A stretch of DNA of 57,866 nucleotides, the filler included, from Stramenopiles sp. TOSAG23-3 (Eukaryota): NCBI GenBank assembly GCA_900128585.1. It is 6 parts of 6 records of this genome, joined end to end, with 100 filler letters (N's around TTAATTAATTAA, not from the genome) between each part and the next. Parts side by side here need not be neighbours in the genome. Positions count along the whole stretch, not along the records: positions 34,727 to 51,921 come from LT642457.1; positions 52,022 to 53,903 come from LT645290.1; 4 more parts are not named here. The stretch is one strand, 5' to 3'. How positions within the stretch are numbered: position 1 is the first letter of the stretch; each line of letters opens with the position of its first letter. The notes beneath the pieces are model-generated. The model had not been told where the DNA came from, searched no databases, and saw only the letters and a list, made by a program, of their open reading frames with translations. Position numbers and translations under genes: made by a program. Positions 41,326 to 52,022 of this stretch are shown one piece after another.

Positions 41326-41952
41326 CGAGTTGCCTTGCTGCCTTTTCTGTATAGTGTCTATAATTATTTGTATTTCATTATTATTCGAGGCAACATACAC
41401 AACACGTAATGGCAGCAACCAACAATACCGGTAAAGTATTAATATTAATACCTGTACCAGGGTTCGTACAGCTGGTACCAGGTACCTGGTATAAATATTA
41501 CGGTACGTACGGTAATATGGGTTCAGCAAATACGACTCGTAGTAATAATAAAATAAGGCGCCGAAAAAAAACCACAGCCGTTATTTACCCGTCGTCCCCC
41601 TGGAAAAAATAATTATAATACACTGTAGTTAAGTTATACTTCACTACTTTTTTTTTTTGTAATGATGTATTTAGTTAGTATTATTATTACTATTATTATT
41701 TAGTCGTCTACTATTATTATTATTATTATATTATTAGACGACTCTCTATAATAATAATTTTTAATAAACAACAACAAACAACAACAACGACAAAATTATT
41801 CAAACAACTTCTTCTTTCCAAGGTAACGATAACAGACTTTTCCTCTTAATTTCATGTAAGTATTTTCGTCAGCAGTTTTCTTTGAACACAATGTTCATCC
41901 GATTGAACACAACCGGTTTGTAAAGAAATTTGGGAGTATCCATTTAGAAAAC

Positions 41953-43023
41953 ATGTTCTTCTTCAGGAAGCGCAAACGGAAAACAGAAACCGTCAAAGAC
42001 ACACGGACAGAGGCACAAAAACGCATAGAACTGGAAGACAGCGATGCAAACGCTTTCTGGGCTCCGCACGACAAAAACCCAAGGTGTTTCTTGGACATCA
42101 GTGTCGATGGGAAGCATGAGGGCAGAATAAAGATTAAACTCTTGCAAAATATAGTTCCCAAAACTTGTGAAAATTTTCGAGCGTTATGTACAGGTGAAAA
42201 AGGCTTAGGGGCTAGGGGCAAAGTCCTCCACTACAAGAATACCTATCTACACACGGTAATACCCGGTTTTTATTGCCAAGGTGGTGACTTTGTGGAGGGC
42301 AATGGCGTTGGGGGGGCCTCCATATATGGGGAAATTTTTGATGACGAAAATTTTGAACTCGGACACTCTCGCCGTGGCGTCCTGTCAATGGCTAACAAAG
42401 GTCCAAATACAAACGGTTCGCAGTTCATTATTACCCTTGCAGAAACTAGTTGGCTTGACAAAAAACATGTTGTATTTGGGGAAATTGTATCTGGTATGAA
42501 GATTTTACGAAAACTTGAAGGTTATGGCACAGAAAACGGAATCACGACAAAAGTTATAAAAATAACGAATTCTGGGCAGCTTTCCAAGCCCATTCTAAAC
42601 CCTATGGACTTCAAGAAATACCATAAAGAAATATTCGACGCAAAACAAATTGCTTTAAAAGCGTCGAAACAAAACTTTACGAAAGCGGGATACCCCAAAA
42701 ATCAAAAGGTCAAAGTATGGGTCTCGCAAAAAGAACTTGGGAAAAAGGCAACAGAGGGGGGCATGATTGAAGCAAAAGTAACCGGTTACAGCGTAAATAA
42801 TGTAGATAGCGAGAAGCCGAAAGAATTTGTTCACATGATTATCATTAAATTAAGAAAAGGCAAACCAAGTCGGCGTGAACTGGAGCTTCATGAACTCCAA
42901 CAGCAAATGCTAGGTCCACCCCCCGAGCCAGTTGCTGATGAGGATACGAGTAGCGAAGACAGCAGCAGTGAAAGCGATATCAGTGACAGCGATAGTAGCA
43001 GCAGTGATAGTAGCGACAGTTGA
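41953..43023 (+). CDS. Cyclophilin-type peptidyl-prolyl isomerase with C-terminal extension
   Basis: PKTCENFRALCTGEKG, CQGGDF, SIYGEIFDDENF, LSMANKGPNTNGSQF, WLDKKHVVFG; Ser/Asp-rich tail. Confidence 0.95.
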   Translation: MFFFRKRKRKTETVKDTRTEAQKRIELEDSDANAFWAPHDKNPRCFLDISVDGKHEGRIKIKLLQNIVPKTCENFRALCTGEKGLGARGKVLHYKNTYLHTVIPGFYCQGGDFVEGNGVGGASIYGEIFDDENFELGHSRRGVLSMANKGPNTNGSQFIITLAETSWLDKKHVVFGEIVSGMKILRKLEGYGTENGITTKVIKITNSGQLSKPILNPMDFKKYHKEIFDAKQIALKASKQNFTKAGYPKNQKVKVWVSQKELGKKATEGGMIEAKVTGYSVNNVDSEKPKEFVHMIIIKLRKGKPSRRELELHELQQQMLGPPPEPVADEDTSSEDSSSESDISDSDSSSSDSSDS

Positions 43024-43124
43024 GTGTGAAAGTGAACGTCCTCTATGCCTTTACGTAATAAAAAATTCCAATACCCTCTCACATTTTAACTCTTACGCTA
43101 AACGTAAGTAAATTTTAACTAATC

Positions 43125-44123
43125 TTACCACATCCACACCAACTTAAACCCTGCACACGGCTTTGGTGTTGCAAGGCAAACTTGGGCGCGCTGCCCTTCG
43201 TAAGGATCGCCGCCAGACGCTGCATCGGTTATAGCAATATCTCTGTAAACTTTAACGTGAGATCTTAGCCCATCCCCCTTTTTGCGCTTATTTTTCTTTT
43301 CTCGGGCACGACCAAATCGCGGTGTAATTGCTTTAGTAACATTCTTTAAACTAGGCTTTTGCTTTCCCCTTTTTTTCGGCTGCCTTTTTCTTACATTGCT
43401 ATTTGCAACTCTCTCAACAGCTACTTTTCTTTCGTATTCCATTTGTTTCGCTTTTTCTTGTTTGGCTTTTGCTGCTAATACTAAGGCATTTTTCTCTTCG
43501 GCTTTCCTAGCTTTTATTCGCTCTATTTCTTTTTGAATGTCTGCCTCAACGGCAGGGTTCTTCTTCGTTTTTTTTGGGAGGGTAGCACTATTGCTTTGCT
43601 TACATCTTTGATTTCGAGGGTCTAACTTTCTGTTAGCTTTAATAGCATCGATTAAATTTGGCTTCGATTTCCGTTTCGCTGCCTTTTTCTTTTTCAGCGC
43701 AGCCTTCATCATTGCTTTAACCTCTTTTTCGTAGATATTTCTATTTTTTGCGGCAGGAACGGCTACTCTTACGTTGGGGTCAACGACTGGCAGCATGTCG
43801 GATAGTGTCACTGTGCGCGGGACTGTCAAACGAGAGGAGACATCCTTTTTTAAGCTTACGCCTTTCAGCAATTTTGGAGAAGAAACCGAGCGCTTCTTTC
43901 CACGGCTTGCCTTTAAAGCTTGCGTCCGACATCCAAGGTACTTCCGTGCTTGAGAAAGACCCATCGTCACATTATGATCTGCGTTGGGGACAAATCCGCC
44001 TCTATTATTTTCAAAAATGTTGACACCCGCATGAGCCGCTCGATATTCCTTCACGTTCCTAGAGATCCCACCGTGTTGGACGATTCGGGTCATTGTGGAA
44101 CCCTTGTGAGCTGTGCGTCTCAC
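43125..44123 (-). CDS. Lys/Arg-rich hypothetical protein
   Basis: 332-aa ATG-initiated ORF with coding-like composition, bounded upstream by an AT-rich spacer. No family recognised. Confidence 0.65.
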   Translation of the reverse strand: MRRTAHKGSTMTRIVQHGGISRNVKEYRAAHAGVNIFENNRGGFVPNADHNVTMGLSQARKYLGCRTQALKASRGKKRSVSSPKLLKGVSLKKDVSSRLTVPRTVTLSDMLPVVDPNVRVAVPAAKNRNIYEKEVKAMMKAALKKKKAAKRKSKPNLIDAIKANRKLDPRNQRCKQSNSATLPKKTKKNPAVEADIQKEIERIKARKAEEKNALVLAAKAKQEKAKQMEYERKVAVERVANSNVRKRQPKKRGKQKPSLKNVTKAITPRFGRAREKKNKRKKGDGLRSHVKVYRDIAITDAASGGDPYEGQRAQVCLATPKPCAGFKLVWMW

Positions 44124-45276
44124 TGCTTGAGTGTTTTAGTTTTACGTCTCAAAAATATTATTCACTTTTGAGTTTCGGAAGAAACTGATGATATTATTAT
44201 CAGTTCCAGAGTCTGGAAAAAAATAGTAATAACTGCACGAGGTTTGTTCTAATAATGGTGCCGTACTGTCATACCGGGTACTAGAGTCGCTTTCTATTTT
44301 GGTTGCAGCCTATATACATATAAATAGCATCAGTAACAACCACAAAAAAGAGGATTCAATGTTTGCTGCTTTGTTGATTGCTTTGCTTTGCTGCCTGTGT
44401 ATTATTTTTATTATTATTTTATTTACTAATAATAATAATCACAATAAAGTACCGGTACCAGGTACCAGGTACAGGTATTAATACCGGTAGCTGTAATAGC
44501 TTCATCAAAAAATAATTATATCCGTAATACAGTAATAGGAAATTTTCTGCACAATTTTCTTCTTCTAGTTGTCGCTGGTGTTGTTCCCAAGACGACAATA
44601 CAATAAACACTGTCAATCGCACAGGTAAAATAACAGGAGAGCATTTCTTATGGAAAAATAACGTTTTCGTAGTTGTGAATGATGGTTTTGGTTTTGTTAT
44701 ATAAGCTTATACTAGAACGACTGATTAAACTAATTAACAGCAGAAAGGGGACGGACCCATTGTACATTGTATTGTGCGATAATTACGCGTCGTAATTAGC
44801 TGTATAATAAAACACTATTAAAATCCTCTCCGCAGATAACCGTTTTTGACTTCTCTTTTATTATTACCGTTTAGGGTTTGTGTTACCTATTGTAATACTG
44901 TAATAATACAGGATGTAGAAACCCTGATGATGAGGATGATTTGACTGCATGCACCGCATAAAAAATGGTCTGTTTCGCTTTCCTCGTATTGCAGTATTAA
45001 TATTGCAGTATGGTGATCATCACCGTCAGCAAAAAAAATAATAATAATAATGTACATAATACATCATCATCATCCAATAATAATAATTTTATTGATAATA
45101 ATGCACAATAATAGAACGATGACTTCAATAGTGATCATTCTTGCTCTATTTTGGAAGCCTGACAGTCGATGCTATTTAGACAATCGAGCGTTGTATAACT
45201 TTGCAAGAAATGACAGAACGTTGTTCAGGAGCCGATAACAATCTCAAAATTAGATATTTTCAAAAGTGTGAACATC

Positions 45277-48200
45277 ATGGAAGATCGTTGCGTGCACGTG
45301 TACGTCGCTGGAAGCTTCACTGACACAAAAGACGAAAGAGAAGCCCTGCACAAAGTGGTGTTCCCGAGAGTCGAAAAATGGTGCAAGCACAGAGGTCTAG
45401 CTTTGTATGTTACCGATATGCGCTTCAAGAATTCAAATATTCTTCCTGTTGATGTTTGCTTCGACGAAATAGACAAAGCCTCGATAGTTGTAGGTGTTTT
45501 AGGGAACCGCTTTGACGAACCCACACTCGTCGACGAGAGTAGTCTTAAGAAATTCCCTTGGCTGCAAGAAATTACAAAGGATGGTGCATGCTCTGTAACA
45601 GAAGCAGAAATCCGCCGAGCAACGATGAACAGCGGTTATGACAGGAGACCCTTTTGCCAAGAGAAAGGCTTTGATTTTTATTACAGCCGAGACAACAGAT
45701 TTTTAGATACAGAGGGTGTAGTACCGGTACAAGATATGAAGAAATACATTTTTGGTTCGTACTCGAAAGTTGCAGGACAGTTGTTGTTCAAAAAGCATGC
45801 CGAAAAACAGAAGTATTTTAACCTTTTCAAGTCCAAGATTGAAGAAGCGTCAGCAAACTCTAATAACAGAATTCAATTGTACCAAAACTTTCCCTGCGCG
45901 TTTGACACTGCGAGTAAGTCCGGGCCAAAAATTAAGAAACTTGAAACGTTTTGCACCGCAGTGGCAAGAGACCTTGTTGGGGCAATCAGGATAATGTATC
46001 CTGAGCCTTCCCCACCGTCTCCCTCGGCTTTAGTAGATCGAGTGCTTCAACATCAAGAACATTTTCGAAGGCAGTTATGGAGCAAAGAGGCATATAAGGA
46101 ACAAACCGCTGGTGTCTTAAAATATGCAACATCTACCCCAAAGAACGAAATGGGGGTATGCCTAGTCACAGGAGAGAATGGTGCTGGAAAATCGGCATTC
46201 GTATCCCGAGTTGTAAAGAAGGTGAGATCCAGTGCAAACGCCCCAACGTGCTTGTACCACATGATTCAAGCAAGTCCTATGTCGGCGAACATCAATCACA
46301 TGCTGTTTTCGCTTGTGTTTCAGCTTCAAAAAATTGCAAGCAATTTGAACGGAGAAACTTTTGATCCCTCAAAACTCCTGTTTACAGATATACCTTCCTA
46401 CGATGTTGCGAAGCATATGTTCATTCGTTCCCTGCGTTTGGCTTGCGAGGCTTCACACAAGAAAAATACTCATATAGTGTTGTTTATAGATGGTATCGAA
46501 AGTCTTGTAGAAGGGAAAGGCCCTTTTATGGAGCTAGATTGGCTACCTGATTGGAGACCGACCGTTATCGGAGAAGAACCAATGCATTGGCTTTCTCAGT
46601 TGCGCTTAGTTTTGACCCTGCGGACAGAGGCTGGCCGCACAGATCTCATGAACGGCCACATAAGCACAATGAAAAACAGGTGTTTAGGCCAAGGGCGAGT
46701 GGTAAAGTGTTTTGCTTTAGGGTCGCTTAATCCAGAGGAATGTGCTCAAGCGATTGAGGCATACGGTAGCGAATGCTCTGAAAAGACGCAAAACGAACTA
46801 CTGCAACACCCAGGGATGGTTTTGCCTCGATTTATTCAGCATGCCATATATGTGCTGCAACAATCATGGAGTACAGTCAATCGAGTAGCGGGTATTCCCA
46901 AACATCACGCTGAACTTTGCGAAGTTCTCCTTCGCGACATAGAAAATTTACACGGGCCAGAAATAACACGAAAAATTGCGGCTGTCATAGAATGCTCTTA
47001 TGGGGGTATGTACAGAAATGAGCTTTTAGAGTTTGCTAAATTATCGGTGGCTACATTGCTTCCGATCCTGTTTAAGCTAGGACCCTTTTTGACGCCGCAC
47101 TTTGTACCACAAGGCTCAATAGGTTTGATAGATAATAAGTTTTCGCTCTCTTGTGCAGCTGTTCGTGCTGCTGTGCATCGTCGATATTTCAAATGGGCGC
47201 AAGAAAAAAATGATGAGGCCCCTGTAAATACGTTGGCATCTGTGTCATACTCAGAATTGCACAAGCGTTTAGCTAGATTCTTTCGAAGAAAATGTTTCAA
47301 CACACAGTTTGCAAGAGAAAATACTGAAGATGCCATCAACAAAGCAATTATGCAGGCGCAAGGGGGCGATGGCAAGGTAGAGGACGTTTTAAGCATGGCA
47401 GAAAGAGAGAGTGAAAGCAATATATGGCGACGATCTACTAGATGCCATCAACGAGGGCTCCTTTGCCTGCCATTTCATCTACTTCGTTCAAAAAGCTATA
47501 ATTACCTCGTTGATATAATGACTGATCTGCATTATTTGGCCGCTTGCTGTACGGCAAACTTTACCTACGAAGTTGTCTACCTGATTAAAGAATCGAAGCG
47601 AATCCTGCTGTGGGGTCGGGCCAATCAGAGGGGTTGGGCCGGGTTGAAGAACTTTTTGTTTGCGGGGAAAAAACAGAAAAAGGTTAAAATTCACTCTGTT
47701 AATAACGAAGACATTCAACGATTACGAGAATTCATTTCGTTTTTGGACAATTATGCCCATTGGCTGGCGATTCAACCGTACCATATCTTCCAATGCGCCG
47801 CAAATATGCCCAATCAATCTGCGGCCGGGGACGCTGCTCTTCGGTTATGGAGCGACTCAAGCGACCGGGCGGCATGCTGGGTTCAAAATGCAGTTTTGTT
47901 TACAACGCTGTCTCCGCATTTGAACGAACCTCCCAAGGCTGTACAGAGTGAGACAGTGCAAGCATTAATCGATGGGGGTAAAAAAACCTCTGAGCACGAA
48001 AGTAGTCAAAAAGTGACGGAAGAGGATAGTTCGAGTGATACCGAAGAAAAAGCCCCAGAGAAGGATAACGAAGTATCCCCCCAAGAGGAAGTTCATGCTG
48101 TATTAAAAGACACCAATCTGGCGAAACAGCTAAAATTTTTGGACGTTGATGCTAATGTTTCTGAAAAGAAGCTTATGGCTGGGTTCAGACGATGGATTAG

Positions 48201-51200
48201 ATGGGTAAACAAAGAAACAGCCCCTGATCCGTGCAAAAAGTCTTTAATTGGCCATAGTGCAAAAATCAATTCGCTTTCGTTCGCCCCGAAATCGGACCAA
48301 GTGGCTGTACATTCTTTGATTGCTTCGGCCTCAGATGACTGCACAGTAAGGGTATGGAACCAAGATGGGGAATGCATCAACACGTTTACAAGCCATGATG
48401 CGGAGGTTACATGCTGCAATTTTTGTCCCACTGATATGAAAACGCTAGTGTCTTCGTCCATGGACGGCACTTTAAAATACTGGGATGTGGTTGGATCACA
48501 ACTAAAATACACATTTGCGGATCCGTTCGAACCATCAATTGTTAATTCAAGTGCTGGAATATCGATATTTTGCTGGTCCTTGGACGGCTCGCAAATATGC
48601 TATGGGCGCACAAATGGGGATGTTGTACTGGTTCAGGTGACCAATACAGGGATGGTTTTCGAAAAACAATGGAAAGCTCATCACGGAGCTATATCCTGCT
48701 GCGCGATTATTGAGGATAAAGTCTTGACAGGATCAATAGAGGACAAAACCTTCCGAATATGGGATGCCGATAACTGTGATGAACTCTTGCGTAAGGTATG
48801 CGAGCCTTTGCAAATAAATGTTTCGCCGGGAAACCCTGCAATGGGTACGTCTAATTTGACCCTTACGAATCTTGAATCATCCGCACTAGTGGTTTTACGC
48901 GATTCTGCAGCAGGCATCAAAGTTGTATATGTTTCGTTGAGGGGCGAATCCGAGGCTAGTAGTGACCCTACTATACTCGAAGAGAACAGGGGGGACATTG
49001 TTACCGCGTGCGCTGTATCTCAAAACCGCGTTGTCCATGCAACAATGAACGGTGATATACATGTTTTTGACAGAAATAGTGGGAAGACTGTTGGCAGTGG
49101 AATTTTGTGCGGGCACATGACTTCTGTAACAGCATGTGCATTTTCTGATGATGGTGATACGTTGGTATCGGGCGAAGATGATGGCCACATTAAACTGTGG
49201 AACCCAACTCCTTTGACTCCGCTCGATCAAAAATATGCTGACGTAATTGCGAGCAGTGCTCGTGGGTACGGGGCGATGGTTGTTGGAATTGACTCTCAGC
49301 ACCTTGAATTTGCACCTTCTCTGGCTACTGTTTTGCACCCATCGAGTGTATCCAGTTCAATTCTAGTTACACGAAACGATGGTGCTATCGAGTTATTAGA
49401 TGCTGAAACCGGCCAACTTTGCACCCAGCTCCGACGTGGGACGGCTACATTGCGCGCACCTGCCAAATTTGCGAAGGATTGCAAACGAGTGCTTGCTGTC
49501 AATGATGGTTCGGTGCTGGTTTATCCTGTGCCTCCGGAGGCTAATCCAATCGTAGCGCGGGGGGCAAAAGAAGCTGCCCCCTCTTTGAATTCTGTGGCCC
49601 ACACTGTCGATATGGGCGTACAGACAATAGGGGCATGGGCTTTGTCACCGGATTCGATTTGCATGGCAATGTCAGGGGGGGTGTCTCCCCCACACATCAG
49701 CTCATACATTACCAATGAAACCAAGCATTTGCTGCGTTTTGGGGTCTCTACTGTTCCTGGCAGTATCGGGTGGATGCAAGACAATACCGGTTGTTTACTA
49801 GCCATATTTTCAGGCCACTGGAGTATGATAACGCAACTACAATTTTCCATCGACGGAAAGCATCTCTTCAGTGTCGGGCGTGCCATGGAAATCCTTATTT
49901 GGGACACCGCGAATGTCAAGAGGGTTGATTCTCGGGGATTCTCCAGCAAAAGTCAGAAGAAGCCTGCACCCAAATTAAATTGCATTGCGGCGTTGAATTC
50001 GCCGATGCATGTCGGAACTAGTTTAGAAAGCTTCAGTATTTCCCCAGATGAGTTTTTTTTTATCACCCGCCACGATTCTAAAGTTGTAGTCTCATGGGAC
50101 GTAGAGGAAGTTTTCAATCACACACCCAGTCCAAATGATATAAAGAAAGAAGTAAAAAAGAGAAATGAGGGCGTGTTTTCAGAAGGAGAAATGAAAGCAT
50201 GGAAGAAGGGAAAGATTGAAGGAATTACTGAATCGGTCGTTGCAGCCCATACAATGAAGGAGTGTATGAAGCATGCACCGGGTGCCACTATAATATATGG
50301 ACACAAGGGTATTATAACGGACGTTGCTTGGGCATCAACAAATGGTGTGTTTGCTACTAGCAGCGTAGACGGAACCATTCGAGTCACAAGAGCGCATGAT
50401 AATCACCATGTAGCCACTCTCACATCAAAAACTTCGAGGTGCAAAATCAATGCTTTGACATTCACGGCAGAAGGAACTGCCATAGTGTCAATCTCAGAAG
50501 ACAGCGAAATTAGGGTGTGGCGTTCCCCGGCATATCGTACTATTCCAACTTTGGATAAAATCAATGGTGTCGTCGGCGCGGACGTAGCGTGGTCATCGAT
50601 ACCTGTCCGGTTTTCCTCCATCGACCTGTACCCTGACATGATTTACAAAATAAAAGACTTGCCTACATGCTTGCGATCAACGTACTCTATGGGTGGGTGC
50701 CCACGAATTTGTGTCGGGGACAATGGGGGTAAAGTAAATATTTTTGAATTAGTTGATGTCATTTGCCGCCCGCCACCAATGGTCACGGCTCAGTACACCT
50801 CACGCCTGAAACAACAGCGCATATGCGCAGACAAATTTCTGTCCGTAGTTTGCCCCGGGTGTCATTTGGAATTCAACTTGAGTACCGTACCTGCGCATGC
50901 AGTCAATGTTTTACAGAAGAAGGCCCGGGGGGCATACAATAATAGAAATATTGACCGAGAGTATTACACTGACCATAGATTGCTAACATATTGTCCCCGG
51001 TGCAAACAAGTATTGCGGCTGAATCCGTTTGACGCTCACTTGCCGGTCTCAAAAACTAAAGCAAGGGTGCAACTGCTGAAACCGAAGAGAAAGGTTTCTA
51101 GTAAAACGGAAGATGAGTCGGACGACCGATCGGAATCAGATGTCAGTGGCTCTCCTGAAATTTCCTCGTTTATTCGAAAAGCGCCCTCCACGAAGTTAGA

Positions 51201-51615
51201 ATTTACCATCATGGCGTTTAAACCGCAAAGTACAATAAAGTCCAGTCATACAGACCATAAACCGAAGGCAAGAATAGTACGGAAGTCCTTCAACCCATTA
51301 AAAAAGTCGCGGCAAATGGCAAAATCAAGGTCGGTGTCATCCATGATGCGTCAACAGGCTCGCAGCAATGCATCGTTGGGATTTTTGGATACAGGGAAAA
51401 GCGAATACGATGACACATTTGTTCCGAATGGGCCTTCTATGCGTTTGACCAAGTCAAGACTCAATAAGTCTGTGGTGGAACCTAGCATTATCGAGCCGGT
51501 TAAGCGTCACTTGCCAAATGTTCATGGCAGCAAAAAATTCTCTCATTTCTCTCAAGATAGGGTTGTTACATCTTTCGGCGGTGGGTATGACTTCAAGACC
51601 TACAAACCCCTTTGA
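45277..51615 (+). CDS. DUF4062-NACHT-WD40 STAND NTPase (TEP1/NWD-like) with C-terminal Zn-ribbon
   Basis: N-terminal VYVAGSFTDTKDEREAL..VFP..DMRF, Walker A GENGAGKS, Walker B VLFIDGIE, many WD40 repeats (GHSAKINSLSF..ASASDDCTVRVWN), CPGC...CPRC..LRLNPF. Confidence 0.88.
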   Translation: MEDRCVHVYVAGSFTDTKDEREALHKVVFPRVEKWCKHRGLALYVTDMRFKNSNILPVDVCFDEIDKASIVVGVLGNRFDEPTLVDESSLKKFPWLQEITKDGACSVTEAEIRRATMNSGYDRRPFCQEKGFDFYYSRDNRFLDTEGVVPVQDMKKYIFGSYSKVAGQLLFKKHAEKQKYFNLFKSKIEEASANSNNRIQLYQNFPCAFDTASKSGPKIKKLETFCTAVARDLVGAIRIMYPEPSPPSPSALVDRVLQHQEHFRRQLWSKEAYKEQTAGVLKYATSTPKNEMGVCLVTGENGAGKSAFVSRVVKKVRSSANAPTCLYHMIQASPMSANINHMLFSLVFQLQKIASNLNGETFDPSKLLFTDIPSYDVAKHMFIRSLRLACEASHKKNTHIVLFIDGIESLVEGKGPFMELDWLPDWRPTVIGEEPMHWLSQLRLVLTLRTEAGRTDLMNGHISTMKNRCLGQGRVVKCFALGSLNPEECAQAIEAYGSECSEKTQNELLQHPGMVLPRFIQHAIYVLQQSWSTVNRVAGIPKHHAELCEVLLRDIENLHGPEITRKIAAVIECSYGGMYRNELLEFAKLSVATLLPILFKLGPFLTPHFVPQGSIGLIDNKFSLSCAAVRAAVHRRYFKWAQEKNDEAPVNTLASVSYSELHKRLARFFRRKCFNTQFARENTEDAINKAIMQAQGGDGKVEDVLSMAERESESNIWRRSTRCHQRGLLCLPFHLLRSKSYNYLVDIMTDLHYLAACCTANFTYEVVYLIKESKRILLWGRANQRGWAGLKNFLFAGKKQKKVKIHSVNNEDIQRLREFISFLDNYAHWLAIQPYHIFQCAANMPNQSAAGDAALRLWSDSSDRAACWVQNAVLFTTLSPHLNEPPKAVQSETVQALIDGGKKTSEHESSQKVTEEDSSSDTEEKAPEKDNEVSPQEEVHAVLKDTNLAKQLKFLDVDANVSEKKLMAGFRRWIRWVNKETAPDPCKKSLIGHSAKINSLSFAPKSDQVAVHSLIASASDDCTVRVWNQDGECINTFTSHDAEVTCCNFCPTDMKTLVSSSMDGTLKYWDVVGSQLKYTFADPFEPSIVNSSAGISIFCWSLDGSQICYGRTNGDVVLVQVTNTGMVFEKQWKAHHGAISCCAIIEDKVLTGSIEDKTFRIWDADNCDELLRKVCEPLQINVSPGNPAMGTSNLTLTNLESSALVVLRDSAAGIKVVYVSLRGESEASSDPTILEENRGDIVTACAVSQNRVVHATMNGDIHVFDRNSGKTVGSGILCGHMTSVTACAFSDDGDTLVSGEDDGHIKLWNPTPLTPLDQKYADVIASSARGYGAMVVGIDSQHLEFAPSLATVLHPSSVSSSILVTRNDGAIELLDAETGQLCTQLRRGTATLRAPAKFAKDCKRVLAVNDGSVLVYPVPPEANPIVARGAKEAAPSLNSVAHTVDMGVQTIGAWALSPDSICMAMSGGVSPPHISSYITNETKHLLRFGVSTVPGSIGWMQDNTGCLLAIFSGHWSMITQLQFSIDGKHLFSVGRAMEILIWDTANVKRVDSRGFSSKSQKKPAPKLNCIAALNSPMHVGTSLESFSISPDEFFFITRHDSKVVVSWDVEEVFNHTPSPNDIKKEVKKRNEGVFSEGEMKAWKKGKIEGITESVVAAHTMKECMKHAPGATIIYGHKGIITDVAWASTNGVFATSSVDGTIRVTRAHDNHHVATLTSKTSRCKINALTFTAEGTAIVSISEDSEIRVWRSPAYRTIPTLDKINGVVGADVAWSSIPVRFSSIDLYPDMIYKIKDLPTCLRSTYSMGGCPRICVGDNGGKVNIFELVDVICRPPPMVTAQYTSRLKQQRICADKFLSVVCPGCHLEFNLSTVPAHAVNVLQKKARGAYNNRNIDREYYTDHRLLTYCPRCKQVLRLNPFDAHLPVSKTKARVQLLKPKRKVSSKTEDESDDRSESDVSGSPEISSFIRKAPSTKLEFTIMAFKPQSTIKSSHTDHKPKARIVRKSFNPLKKSRQMAKSRSVSSMMRQQARSNASLGFLDTGKSEYDDTFVPNGPSMRLTKSRLNKSVVEPSIIEPVKRHLPNVHGSKKFSHFSQDRVVTSFGGGYDFKTYKPL

Positions 51616-51659
51616 ACATTACGGAGTACTCTATAAAAAAATTACATTTCTAGGTATTT

Positions 51660-51921
51660 TAAACGTTTAAGAACTCTTAAAAACAAGAAAAATTGGCTAT
51701 TGTTTTATAGTAATTAAAATTAAAAGAAAAAAGAAGGTGTCAGTTCAAGAACAATGTCTCCTCCTATCGCAGATCCTCCCCAAGTTCTGGTCAAGATTCC
51801 AATTGATTGGTCTTAAAAGTACACAGCGGCATAAATGTTTTGAAGGGGCTCGTTGTCTGTGGTACTGCTCAATGAAATAATGATCGGTATTGAGTTTGAT
51901 CGTTTCGGGTTCGTATACACA
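51660..51921 (+). repeat. Dispersed modular repeat, copy C
   Basis: TTAAAAACAAGAAAAATTGGCTATTGTT (51677-51704) followed by the shared core running to the contig end. Confidence 0.85.
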
Positions 51922-52021
51922 NNNNNNNNNNNNNNNNNNNNNNNNNNNNNNNNNNNNNNNNNNNNTTAATTAATTAANNNNNNNNNNNNNNNNNNNNNNN
52001 NNNNNNNNNNNNNNNNNNNNN
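51922..52021. other. Artificial contig linker
   Basis: N44-TTAATTAATTAA-N44. Confidence 0.99.
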
Positions 52022-52022
52022 G

